Assembly (NCBI GenBank): GCA_043799575.1
Contig: JAZDNQ010000026.1
Coordinates: 1 to 47,083, forward strand
Reading direction: 5' to 3'
Length of the DNA stretch: 47,083 bases
From: Patescibacteria group bacterium
Lineage (GTDB): Bacteria > Patescibacteriota > Gracilibacteria > JAHISY01
A program made the position numbers and the translations under genes. Under the pieces are notes generated by a model, which was given only the letters and a program-made list of their open reading frames with translations, made no database searches and was not told where the DNA came from. This document shows, piece by piece, positions 31,933-41,168 of this stretch. The first letter of the stretch is position 1. Each line of letters opens with the position of its first letter.

Positions 31933-33746
31933 AAAACGAAAACTATAAATTGCGCTGCGTCGGTTGCGGTTCTTCCGTCGCCGAAAAAGATTCCGTCGCG
32001 GTCTGTCCGCGCTGTGGCGAAGCGCTTGATCTCGAGTTTGATTTCGCGCAGCTCAAAAAACGCGTCCAAAAAGAATTCGACAAATTCGCACCACTCTCCG
32101 CGAAAAAATATTTGTCATTTTTTCCGCTTTCCCCACAGTCCAAAATTATTTCTCAAGACGAAGGCGGGACACCCTTGATCGCAGTTCCGCAAATCGCATC
32201 CAATTTATTCGTCAAAAACGAAGGGCTGAATCCGACCGGAGTTTTCAAAGATCGCGGTTCGCTGGTCGAAATTTCGAAAGCGCTCGAATTGAAAGCGCGT
32301 GCGATCGTCGTCGCGTCGACTGGAAATATGGCCGCGTCAGTCGCCGCGTATTCCGCGCTCGCGGGTTTGCCGTGTTATGTTCTGATTCCAGAAAACACGC
32401 CACTTGGAAAACTCGCGCAGGCGATGAGCTACGGTGCGCGCGTCCTCTCGATTCGCGGGACATACGCGGATTGCTGTGTTTTGGCCGAAAAGATGGCGAA
32501 GAAATATCATTTCTACCTCGCAGGCGATTATGTTTTTCGCAGCGAAGGTCAAAAGACAACCGCGTTTGAAATCGTCGAACAACTGAATTGGCGCGCGCCG
32601 GAATTCGTCATCGTTCCGGTCGGCTGCGGAACGAACTTATCTGCGATTTGGAAAGGTTTCGTCGAATTCAAGAAACTCGGCTTCATCAAAAATTTACCGA
32701 AAATGATCGCGGTGCAGCCCACTGGTTGTTCGACCATCGCCGCCGCGTTCAAAAAGAAATTAAAAAAAGCACCGTTCGTCGCGCATCCGAAAACGATTTG
32801 TTCTGCGGTTGGGATTGGTAAACCGCTCGACGACGTCAAAGCGCTCGCCGCGCTGCGCGATTCAGCCGGCACGGCCGTCGAAATTTCCGAAACGGAAGTC
32901 GTCGCGGCGCAAAAAAAACTCGGCGAGGCGGCCGCGATTTTCACCGAGCCGAGCGGCGCACTTCCGCTCGCCGCTTTCCAAAAATTGCAAAAGCAAAAAT
33001 TTTTCCACAAGTCGGACAAAGTTGTTTTGATCGCGACTGGCAACGGCCTGAAAGATCCGCGCTCCGCGCTCGATTCACATCCGATCCCGCCCGCAGTCGA
33101 GCCGAATTTGGACGAGATCGATCGCTTCCTCAAATACAAACTTTACGCGATTCGCTCCGCCGGCTTCGCCGAGCGCAAAAAAACTCTCTTCGAAAAAACG
33201 CCGAGCTTGGAAGAACTGCAAAAGGCTCTCAAAAAAGAATTTTCCGCCGACTTGAAAGGTTCGCATTTGCGCGCGATTCGTTTTGCGATCGAGATATTTT
33301 TGGCCAAAGGCAAAGTGGTCGCGAAGTCCGACCTGCAAAGTTTGGTCGAGGAAGTTTTGGCTGATCTGACTTCGGCCGAACACGTTATGCGTGTTCAGGA
33401 TTACGAATTAAAAATCGAAAAGCGCCAGCCGCCGCGCGCTCGCGTCGTGGTCGAATTCCGCGGACAAAAATTAAAAGCGGAAAGTCAGGGAGTCGGTCCG
33501 GTCGACGCGATTATTTCTGCGATTCGCAAAGCGCTCGCGGGCAAAAGTTTCGCGCCGCGACTTACCGACTTCGCAGTTTTCGTCGACGCGAATGGGACGG
33601 ATGCGACGACCGAAGTGCGGATGAAGCTCGAAGACGATCAGGAAAATTCCGTCGTCTCGCGTGCCAACTCACCCGACATTCTCACCGCGTCGATCGCAGC
33701 TTTCGAAAAAGGCTACAACATTCTTTTTTGGAAGGGGCAGAAATAA
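31905..33746 (+). CDS. thrC: Threonine synthase fused to a C-terminal LeuA-type allosteric (LeuA_dimer-like) domain
   Basis: An N-terminal Zn ribbon reads CVGCG...CPRCG, and the PLP lysine motif is NPTGVFKDRG with ASTGNMAASVAAY. The C-terminal roughly 120 aa read GVGPVDAIISAIRKAL...LTDFAVFVDANGTDATTEVRMKL...SPDILTASIAAFEKGYN, paralleling the CimA C-terminus in this window. Confidence 0.8.
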   Translation: MAALSFWYLKNENYKLRCVGCGSSVAEKDSVAVCPRCGEALDLEFDFAQLKKRVQKEFDKFAPLSAKKYLSFFPLSPQSKIISQDEGGTPLIAVPQIASNLFVKNEGLNPTGVFKDRGSLVEISKALELKARAIVVASTGNMAASVAAYSALAGLPCYVLIPENTPLGKLAQAMSYGARVLSIRGTYADCCVLAEKMAKKYHFYLAGDYVFRSEGQKTTAFEIVEQLNWRAPEFVIVPVGCGTNLSAIWKGFVEFKKLGFIKNLPKMIAVQPTGCSTIAAAFKKKLKKAPFVAHPKTICSAVGIGKPLDDVKALAALRDSAGTAVEISETEVVAAQKKLGEAAAIFTEPSGALPLAAFQKLQKQKFFHKSDKVVLIATGNGLKDPRSALDSHPIPPAVEPNLDEIDRFLKYKLYAIRSAGFAERKKTLFEKTPSLEELQKALKKEFSADLKGSHLRAIRFAIEIFLAKGKVVAKSDLQSLVEEVLADLTSAEHVMRVQDYELKIEKRQPPRARVVVEFRGQKLKAESQGVGPVDAIISAIRKALAGKSFAPRLTDFAVFVDANGTDATTEVRMKLEDDQENSVVSRANSPDILTASIAAFEKGYNILFWKGQK

Positions 33747-33783
33747 AATTGGAAAACACTCTTCCAAAAGCTAAAATCAGGAC

Positions 33784-34713
33784 ATGTCCAAACTTCCCAA
33801 AGCTTCTTTCCAAATCACGAAAAAGATTTGGCTCAACGGCCATTTGACCGATTGGCAAAAAGCGAATGTTCACGTTTTGTCGCACGCGCTGCACTACGGC
33901 TCGGGCGTTTTCGAGGGCATTCGTTTTTATTCAACCAAAAAAGGACCAGCAGTTTTTCGTCTCAAAGAACATGTCGCGCGCCTCTTTTATTCCGCGCGCG
34001 CTCTCGAAATGAAAATTCCTTTTTCGCAAAAAGAAGTTGCGGACGCGATTTGCCAAACTGTCGCGGCGAATAAAATTCCGGCAGGCTACATTCGTCCGAT
34101 TGCGTTTTTCGATTACGGCAAAATGGGGCTCAATCCGGTCGGCGCGCCAGTCTCGCTCGCGATTGCCTGTTGGCCGTGGGATTCCTACCTCGGCGGCAAA
34201 CCGATTCGCGTCAAAACTTCGAAGTTCATCCGCCTCCATCCCGACTCCGTCGTCGGCGACGCGAAAGTTTGCGGACATTATGTGAATTCGATTCTCGCCT
34301 CGCTCGAAATTAAGCGCGCGAAATATGACGAGGCGCTTTTTCTCGATCACAAAGGTTTCGTCGCGGAAGGTCCGGGCGAAAACATTTTCTTCCTGAAAAA
34401 AGGTGTGTTGCACACGCCTAAGCTCGGCTCGATTCTCGCAGGCATTACTCGAATGTCGGTGGTTGAAATTGCCCAAAAAGAATTTGGCGTGAAAACGAAA
34501 GAGGGTAGCTTCAAAACGAAAGATTTTTATTCCGCCGAGGAAGTTTTTTTCACTGGCACAGCCGCCGAAGTGCAGCCAATCGGGTCGCTCGACGATCATA
34601 AAATCGGCGACGGGAAAGGCGGGAAATTCACAGCGCAACTTCGCGCGAAATTTCTCTCGGTCGTCGCGGGCGAAGATCCGAAATACCAAAAGTGGCTCAC
34701 TTTTGTAAAATAG
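33784..34713 (+). CDS. ilvE: Branched-chain amino acid aminotransferase (class IV)
   Basis: HALHYGSGVFEGIRFY, EGPGENIFF and FFTGTAAEVQPI motifs are present. Length is 309 aa. Confidence 0.9.
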   Translation: MSKLPKASFQITKKIWLNGHLTDWQKANVHVLSHALHYGSGVFEGIRFYSTKKGPAVFRLKEHVARLFYSARALEMKIPFSQKEVADAICQTVAANKIPAGYIRPIAFFDYGKMGLNPVGAPVSLAIACWPWDSYLGGKPIRVKTSKFIRLHPDSVVGDAKVCGHYVNSILASLEIKRAKYDEALFLDHKGFVAEGPGENIFFLKKGVLHTPKLGSILAGITRMSVVEIAQKEFGVKTKEGSFKTKDFYSAEEVFFTGTAAEVQPIGSLDDHKIGDGKGGKFTAQLRAKFLSVVAGEDPKYQKWLTFVK

Positions 34714-34717
34714 GAAC

Positions 34718-36244
34718 ATGAATTTGCGCAAACTTTTTTCACAGGCTGGACTAGTATTTTTGACAATGTTTTTGTTTGTCTCGACAGTTCGCGCTGCCGA
34801 GCCGGATCTGCAAGCCGTGATTTCGGCGAACGATTCGGGCGCGCTCAATTCCCAAATCGAATTTTCCGCCGAGCACTCGTTCAACCCTTTTCCTGAGCGC
34901 CCCGCCGTTTTCAATTGGAATTTCGGCGACGGTTCGACCGCAAGCGGTGAAACAGCGACGCACACTTTTGCCAAGCCGGGCGAATTCGAAATCAAACTCA
35001 AAATGCAGTCCGGCAAAGCGAGCGCCGAGACGAGTTTTCAGTTTTTCGTTTTCGAAAGAAATATTCTTCTGTTGACTGACTCGGGCGCGAATGAAGATAA
35101 AATTACTGCGCTGGCTGCGGCGGCGCGCGAACAAAATATTTTGCTCGATACGGCTTGGGGCGTCGAGAGCCAAAGCGGATTTTTCGGTGACGAAAATGCG
35201 CTGAGCGCGGCTTTGCAAAAAAAATTCGAAACACTGACCTCGACCAATTTGATTATTCTCTGGGCGCGCGGCAGCGATGGACTAAATGGCTTGGTGAGCT
35301 TCGCACAGAAACTGAATCCGCCGATCGATTTCTCTGGCAAAGAAGTTGTCGTGATTTCGGACGGCAATCTCGACTCGCTCGCGCGGATCGCGCGCGGCAG
35401 TTTTGTTTCGCTCGCGCCCCGCGAAATTTTGATCACGCGCTCGGAGGCGCTCCGCGAAATTATTCTCACCGAAGATCCGACCACTTTGGCTGCGACGCTT
35501 GAGCAGCAGGCGATTTCTTTGCAGGTTATTGATTCCGGTTTGGAGAATTTCCGCATCACCGCGCCACTTTCTTTTTTGGTGAATTATCTCGTCGCGTCCG
35601 GAATTCCCTCGTCGGTGATTTTGCTCGTTCTGATGCTCCCGGTTATTGCGACGCTCGTCGCGTTTCTCAAACAAGTTGTCGGGGTGACGACTTTCGGCGT
35701 GTACACACCTTCCGTTCTCACGCTTTCTTTCCTCGCGATCGGTTGGAAGTTGGGAATTGTTGTTTTGTTTGTCGTTGTGTTCTCTTCGATTTTGATTCGC
35801 AAAATTTTGCACCGCTATCGACTCGCGTACACGCCGCGGCTCGCGATCGTTCTCTCCTTTGTTGCACTCGCGATTTTCGCCGCGATTGTTTTGCTGACAT
35901 GGATTGCACCTTTCGGTTCATACTTCCGAGTTGCTGATTTGATCGCTGCGGCGATTTTCCCGATGCTTATCATGTCGACGCTCGCCGAAAAATTCGTCTC
36001 GATCCAGTCTGAAAAAGGTTCGCGCTCGGCGATTCAAATGTTCGGCGAATTGTTGCTCGTTTCACTGGCCTGCTATCTCATCGTCGGCGAATGGAGTGCT
36101 TTTCAAACGACGATGCTCGCGCACCCCGAAATCATTTTCCTCTTCATCGTCGTCGATGTGATGCTCGCCAAATTCACCGGGCTGCGCATCACAGAATATG
36201 TGCGCTTCCGTGAAGTGATTAATAAAATCGAAGAAGAGGAGTAA
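34718..36244 (+). CDS. Secreted PKD-domain protein with a C-terminal polytopic (about 7 TM) membrane domain
   Basis: It has a signal peptide, a PKD signature FNWNFGDGSTASGETATHTFAKPGEFEIKL and a middle soluble region. A C-terminal block of about 7 hydrophobic helices ends in GLRITEYVRFREV, reminiscent of the '7TM fused to inactive transglutaminase' family (recognition by eye only). Confidence 0.65.
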   Translation: MNLRKLFSQAGLVFLTMFLFVSTVRAAEPDLQAVISANDSGALNSQIEFSAEHSFNPFPERPAVFNWNFGDGSTASGETATHTFAKPGEFEIKLKMQSGKASAETSFQFFVFERNILLLTDSGANEDKITALAAAAREQNILLDTAWGVESQSGFFGDENALSAALQKKFETLTSTNLIILWARGSDGLNGLVSFAQKLNPPIDFSGKEVVVISDGNLDSLARIARGSFVSLAPREILITRSEALREIILTEDPTTLAATLEQQAISLQVIDSGLENFRITAPLSFLVNYLVASGIPSSVILLVLMLPVIATLVAFLKQVVGVTTFGVYTPSVLTLSFLAIGWKLGIVVLFVVVFSSILIRKILHRYRLAYTPRLAIVLSFVALAIFAAIVLLTWIAPFGSYFRVADLIAAAIFPMLIMSTLAEKFVSIQSEKGSRSAIQMFGELLLVSLACYLIVGEWSAFQTTMLAHPEIIFLFIVVDVMLAKFTGLRITEYVRFREVINKIEEEE

Positions 36245-36286
36245 TTCATGCAACATAAAACATGAAGCATGAAACAATTTTTTGTT

Positions 36287-36844
36287 TTACAAATATTTGA
36301 GAAAACTCAAGACTGTGGCGACGATTGTGGCCAAAATTGCGACGCCCAAAAATACCCAGCTTTTCAAAATTGCGGCGATCAGCCTCTCTTTCAGTTTGGA
36401 ATTCTCCCCCTGCATTTCGGACTCTTTTTGTTTGAATTCGAGTAGCGGAACTGAGCTCTTGAGCTGCGCTTCGAGCTGACCGACGCGGAAGCTCGCCGCT
36501 TCGAGTTTTTCCTGTTTTGCTTTCAAATCCTTATTCGCTTCCTCGTACAGCTCGCGAAAAATTTTTTCCTCGACGGCTTCGGTCGGGATTTCAAACGCTT
36601 CGGCCTCAGCTGACGCCGCGAAAGTTTTTTCTTTCGAGCTGGACTTTTTTGGCGCGGGAATTTTCGCCAAAATTTTCGCGACCCTTTCCAGGTCTTGGGC
36701 GTGAATCAAAACTTGGCGGCTCGGTGAAAGTTTGGCTTTCAATTTGCCGCGCTTCAGATATCGATCAAGCGTGCGAATCGAAATGCCCAACTTTTCGGCG
36801 GCTTCCTCGCGGGTAATCGAATAAAAATCTTTTTGGGCGGACAT
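36287..36844 (-). CDS. Membrane-anchored HTH protein (excisionase/MerR-like HTH, coiled coil, C-terminal TM helix)
   Basis: ITREEAAEKLGISIRTLDRYLKRGKL is an HTH_17-like motif. A coiled coil follows (KDLKAKQEKLEAASFRVGQLEAQLK), then the C-terminal TM helix WVFLGVAILATIVATVLSFL. Confidence 0.65.
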   Translation of the reverse strand: MSAQKDFYSITREEAAEKLGISIRTLDRYLKRGKLKAKLSPSRQVLIHAQDLERVAKILAKIPAPKKSSSKEKTFAASAEAEAFEIPTEAVEEKIFRELYEEANKDLKAKQEKLEAASFRVGQLEAQLKSSVPLLEFKQKESEMQGENSKLKERLIAAILKSWVFLGVAILATIVATVLSFLKYL

Positions 36845-36886
36845 CGCGCTTTATTTTAATTTACGCAGCGCGAGTTGTCAGCCAGA

Positions 36887-39109
36887 TTATTTGATACCCA
36901 GTTTTTTGCGAATATCTTCGCTGAGGTTGTGCTGCTCTTTGAGTCGACGCTCCAAAGCCTCCTTGACTTCATTGTTGGCAAATTCCAATTTGCCAAGCTG
37001 ATCAGTGGCTTTGTCGCCAAAAGTATCGATCGCCTTTTTAATTCGCTGAGCCAGTGCGTCGGCGTCTTTAGCATCTTTGGCCTCTTTGACGTCAAACTTA
37101 AGATCTTTTAAGTGGGCATTAAGTTCAGCTTCGGTAAAGGCCACGGTTCCGCCATTGGCAATGTCTTTGTTATCGTCTGCAAAATAATATTTATCGTCTT
37201 TCTTAAAGATCGGTCGGTTGTTAATTTTAATATTTGTTGTTTGTGCACCGGAAACCTTACCGCTCTCGACTTTTTCACCGGCAGTTTGTGATGCAACGCC
37301 AGTTTGTTCAGCGGTTTGTTTCTTGGCCGCTTCTGGTGTGGTAGCTTTATTCGCAGCAGTTTTAAGCGCTTCTTGGATTGCGCTGCCAGTTGCATAACCA
37401 GAAATTTGAGGACTGTCTGGGGATTTGGTGTTCAAGGCTTCAGCAAATTTTTCTGGAGTGAGTTGGCCCATTCTTTCAATAGCGTCTCTGTTGTAGCCCA
37501 TAGCGACCAAGAAGTCTTGCCGCGATTTTTCAGCACCAGATCCGGTTCCTTCCAAGAGTCGTTTAGCAGCAGCCGGATCTTCGAGAATATTTTTCTTCAA
37601 GCTTGGTGCAGACGGACTCATGGTGAACTGATTTATTTTGCTGTCGGCAGCACTGGCCTCCCCGCCGTATCTATACCGTTGCGCGGTCGCCAATGCCCGC
37701 TTCTCGCTTTGTTCGCGGAAATGCGACTGGAAAAGCTCAGCCTGTCGTCCTATGCCAGCCACGCTTCCGCCTGCCCAGGTCGGCATGATCGGCGCGTATT
37801 TCAAAGTGCCAGCGACTCCGCCCACAAATTTATTCACACCATTATGGATTTTTTCCGTCGCCTGACCCGCCCATTTGCTCGATTTTTTGATTGCCTCATT
37901 CGTTCCGATCCAAATGATCGCGATCGAAGCGATCCACCACAAAAGCGAATTGAAATTACCAGCATGGGCTGCGTCGCTCAAAGAAAAAAGCGAGCTGCGT
38001 TGATAATCAAACCCAACCGTATTATTCGCGAAAATCATAATCAGCCCGATCGACAGTGGGATCGCGACTAGAGTCGGCATGAAGGCGTGTTTGATAAAAA
38101 CACTCATCAAATCAAGATCGCCGCTTGGTTTCGCGCCCGGGACGATGTCACCCAAAACCATCATCAATGCAGCGACTGGAGAAATCGCGAAACAAATCCA
38201 AAGCACAACCATTCTGATGACCAGGGCGATGACCAACATAAAAATAACTATCGCGATCGCGCCAGCCGTGACCATAGACATAATTCCACTGATTGCCATA
38301 TCCCAGCCGTCACCGACTACACCTTTGGTTTGGACCAAACTTCCCAGATCAAGCATGCTAGTCAAAAGAACCAGCATGATGCTTTTTTTGTTGACCATGT
38401 CGGCGACCTTGTGCTCCGACATATTTTTTCGCAATTCCTTAATTTTTTGAGCCGCGCGAGTTTTGGTGTCGGAGGATGCGTTTGGATCAAGGCTGCCCTT
38501 TAGGTCGACAGTTTCCGCGACTGCTTTCATGCACTCATCGATGGAGAGACCAGGTTTGCAGGGCAGTTTGATCATTTTGTCGCCTGCGACGACTTTCGGC
38601 AGAGTGAAGATTGCGGTCGCCAAAACATCATTAGTCGTGAGAATGAAACGGCCAGCAAAAAAAGTCAGATTCACAGCGACCAGTGCGATTATAAATTTTG
38701 GCAAAACCTTTTTGAGCATACCGAGACCATATTTGTCGTTACTCCCGCCAAAAATAACCATCGCCGCGACGACCAGCAAAATCAAAATAAAACCGACATT
38801 TACGAAATTACGCATCACACTCCAGATGAGATGCAGAGTGTCACCCATTCCGGTATCGAGAATATAAGTGCTATCGATCAGGTCGCCGACAATCAGGGCA
38901 AACACATAGGCGATCAGCGTGATGATAATGATGATAAAAGAAAAGAGTTGCATGATCCCACTCGCGGTCAGGTCACTCAGCGTTTTTTTGAGCGGCTCGT
39001 TGGCGGCAAGTGTCGGGTGGCTAAACAAAACGAAAATCAAAAACACACCGACGACTGGCAGTAGCCAGCGCGAGACTTTCGAAGCGAATTTAAAAATCTT
39101 GTTAAGCAT
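36887..39109 (-). CDS. Large polytopic membrane protein (740 aa) with a C-terminal Lys/Ala-rich soluble domain; function unknown
   Basis: It has a signal/TM N-terminus and about 9-10 hydrophobic helices in the first 440 aa, followed by about 300 aa of hydrophilic sequence. Its start overlaps the upstream stop (ATGCTTAA). No catalytic motif was recognised. Confidence 0.75.
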   Translation of the reverse strand: MLNKIFKFASKVSRWLLPVVGVFLIFVLFSHPTLAANEPLKKTLSDLTASGIMQLFSFIIIIITLIAYVFALIVGDLIDSTYILDTGMGDTLHLIWSVMRNFVNVGFILILLVVAAMVIFGGSNDKYGLGMLKKVLPKFIIALVAVNLTFFAGRFILTTNDVLATAIFTLPKVVAGDKMIKLPCKPGLSIDECMKAVAETVDLKGSLDPNASSDTKTRAAQKIKELRKNMSEHKVADMVNKKSIMLVLLTSMLDLGSLVQTKGVVGDGWDMAISGIMSMVTAGAIAIVIFMLVIALVIRMVVLWICFAISPVAALMMVLGDIVPGAKPSGDLDLMSVFIKHAFMPTLVAIPLSIGLIMIFANNTVGFDYQRSSLFSLSDAAHAGNFNSLLWWIASIAIIWIGTNEAIKKSSKWAGQATEKIHNGVNKFVGGVAGTLKYAPIMPTWAGGSVAGIGRQAELFQSHFREQSEKRALATAQRYRYGGEASAADSKINQFTMSPSAPSLKKNILEDPAAAKRLLEGTGSGAEKSRQDFLVAMGYNRDAIERMGQLTPEKFAEALNTKSPDSPQISGYATGSAIQEALKTAANKATTPEAAKKQTAEQTGVASQTAGEKVESGKVSGAQTTNIKINNRPIFKKDDKYYFADDNKDIANGGTVAFTEAELNAHLKDLKFDVKEAKDAKDADALAQRIKKAIDTFGDKATDQLGKLEFANNEVKEALERRLKEQHNLSEDIRKKLGIK

Positions 39110-40526
39110 TATCTAAACTTTTAGGATTGATGTCTTGCTGCTTGCAGGCGATCAAAAACAAATACAGCTGGCGCGCCTCATCGCTTTTTTCCGGGATTTT
39201 CATATCCGGATCCGGGCGCTCGTCCTCCTTGACCAATTTCTCTAGTTCGGCCGAAGTGAATTCACGGCGATTTTTTTCGTTTAGCATTTTTCCCAAGGGT
39301 TGGTCGGCGGCGAAATCTTTTTTCGAAAATAAAAGAAGCCAATTTCTGACCGCTTGTTTTGTCGATTCCGACTTGAATTTCAGCTTCAATTCGTTTTGTT
39401 CGACTTTCTCGATTGGCGTTTTACCGCTGAGGAAACCAGGGTCAATATCTTTTTGCGCCGCGAGCGTCAGTCCGGTCAGCCCCCACAAGACCGGATTTTT
39501 GAACATTTTTTTCGGATTAAAACCAGACAGAACTACGTTTAACGCGATCGCCCCAAATAAGATGTTTGAGCCGTAATAAAGAATTATTTTATCCATGCTG
39601 CCAAAATCTCTCACTTTAAATCCATAAGGATTCCCACTTTCTTCATACATCGCGAGTTTGCTGCGCGCTTTATCTGCATCGACTCGCATCTGTCGAATCG
39701 CGACATCTTCTTTTTCGAGCAGCTTTTCGAATTTATTTTGAGCACGACCATCACCTTCGCCATACACTGCCGCGACTGATTTATTTTCTTGCAAAAGCTC
39801 GTCCCACATTTTGTTGATATCTTCGTTTTTCAAAAAACTTCCGCCGACTACTTGCAAACTAATTGTTTCCATCAGCTCGGCCAACTGACGACCGCTGCCC
39901 TCAGTAGCATTGCCTTTTTCGTCGACAAATTTTTCCGCGAAAGCAGAAATATATTTTTTAATGAAATCAATTTTTTGCGGGACATTGCGTTCAGTATTCG
40001 GCTCTGTTTCTTGGAAAAGCGGACTGTTTTCCACGGCTTTGAAAAACGGGATTGTCCCGAAAACGCGCTCGACAAAATTCCGCGCTTTCTCATCCTGCGG
40101 AATCAACTCTTCGTAATTTAATTTACCGTTTTTGTCGCTATCCAGCTTCGCGATTTCCGCAAACCACGACTCGATAATTTGGTTGGCATTTTTGCCAAGC
40201 TCCTCATCGCTGATACCCGGATTGTTGCGGATTGCCCTTTTCAGTTCAGCTGCCAAAACATTTTTTACAATTATTTTTTGACCGAACAACATTCGATCGT
40301 AAATTTCTTTGCGGTAAGGATTGTGTTCGGGCGGCAAATACATCGCGCCGAGGCGCGTCTCGACTTCAAGATCGAGACTTTTCTGCGCGATGAACTCCTT
40401 AGCTTTTTTGGTCGCCTCAACATCTTCCTTCAGTTCTTTGGTCGCCTCGCGCGCAGATATGACTGGGCGCAATTTTTCCGCGATCGGTCGAGTAAACTTT
40501 TCGGGATTTGATGTTCCGAGACTCAT
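39102..40526 (-). CDS. Hypothetical protein (474 aa), largely helical/charged with a hydrophobic hairpin near residue 330-370
   Basis: This is a long ORF. Start is set at ATG 40526 (MSLGTSNPEK), 1 nt after the upstream stop. TM-like segments are ILYYGSNILFGAIALNVVLSGF and VLWGLTGLTLAAQ. No motif was recognised. Confidence 0.7.
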   Translation of the reverse strand: MSLGTSNPEKFTRPIAEKLRPVISAREATKELKEDVEATKKAKEFIAQKSLDLEVETRLGAMYLPPEHNPYRKEIYDRMLFGQKIIVKNVLAAELKRAIRNNPGISDEELGKNANQIIESWFAEIAKLDSDKNGKLNYEELIPQDEKARNFVERVFGTIPFFKAVENSPLFQETEPNTERNVPQKIDFIKKYISAFAEKFVDEKGNATEGSGRQLAELMETISLQVVGGSFLKNEDINKMWDELLQENKSVAAVYGEGDGRAQNKFEKLLEKEDVAIRQMRVDADKARSKLAMYEESGNPYGFKVRDFGSMDKIILYYGSNILFGAIALNVVLSGFNPKKMFKNPVLWGLTGLTLAAQKDIDPGFLSGKTPIEKVEQNELKLKFKSESTKQAVRNWLLLFSKKDFAADQPLGKMLNEKNRREFTSAELEKLVKEDERPDPDMKIPEKSDEARQLYLFLIACKQQDINPKSLDNA

Positions 40527-40527
40527 T

Positions 40528-41037
40528 TCAGATGCGCAAAGCACGCACAATTAAATCGATTAGTTCTTCAGAGCGTTCGACCTCGGCGATATGCGGCGCG
40601 AGTAGTCGGCGCAGCTCTTCCGGCTCTTGGCCAAAAATATGAATTGTTCGGATGGGATTCCACTTTCGGTTCATTTTCAATTTCAAATCTGCAACGAAAG
40701 GCGGATTGTAAATGATCCAAAATTCATCAATCTCGCCGAAAGGCAAAAACTCCTCGTTCTCAATTTTCACGCCGTGCTGCGTGATCGCGATCTCCAAAAT
40801 TTTCGGTTCGCGATTGTGAATCAGCCAATAAACACCGACAAAAAGCAAAAATGCGAGTGTCAAAGTAATCGCCTGCGTCAAAACACCGAGCGCGATTATT
40901 CCAAGTCCGATGAAGCCCGCGACGAGATACCAGACTGGCCCGCGCGGATATTCCAGAAACTCCGGCGCATAAAATGAGTGCTGGATTTCGCCGTGATGGA
41001 TTTGGGCGAGTGCGTTTGTTTTTGGTTTTTCTGCCAA
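40528..41037 (-). CDS. Small membrane protein (169 aa): two TM helices followed by a bPH/YdbS-like soluble domain (topology-level guess)
   Basis: A TM hairpin (VWYLVAGFIGLGIIALGVL...LTLAFLLFVGVYWLI) is followed by a beta-rich segment (ILEIAITQHGVKIENEEFLPFGEIDEFWII). It apparently uses a TTG start, as there is no in-frame ATG before the TM helices. Confidence 0.6.
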   Translation of the reverse strand: MAEKPKTNALAQIHHGEIQHSFYAPEFLEYPRGPVWYLVAGFIGLGIIALGVLTQAITLTLAFLLFVGVYWLIHNREPKILEIAITQHGVKIENEEFLPFGEIDEFWIIYNPPFVADLKLKMNRKWNPIRTIHIFGQEPEELRRLLAPHIAEVERSEELIDLIVRALRI

Positions 41038-41168
41038 TTTTTATTTTTAAATCTGGGTATTTTAGCAGAATTGGGCTTTTTAAGCAATAAAACTAGACAT
41101 TTCCTGAAATTATCAATGTTTTTTGTCAAGCGCTGGAAAAATCTCAAAATTTCGTTAAAATCGACCAA

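Noticed and set aside
33931-35016. A 361-aa minus-strand ORF spanning ilvE and the start of the PKD/7TM gene.
   Set aside because: It crosses a gene boundary antisense to two well-supported CDSs. The Arg/Phe/Glu-rich translation has no recognisable domain.
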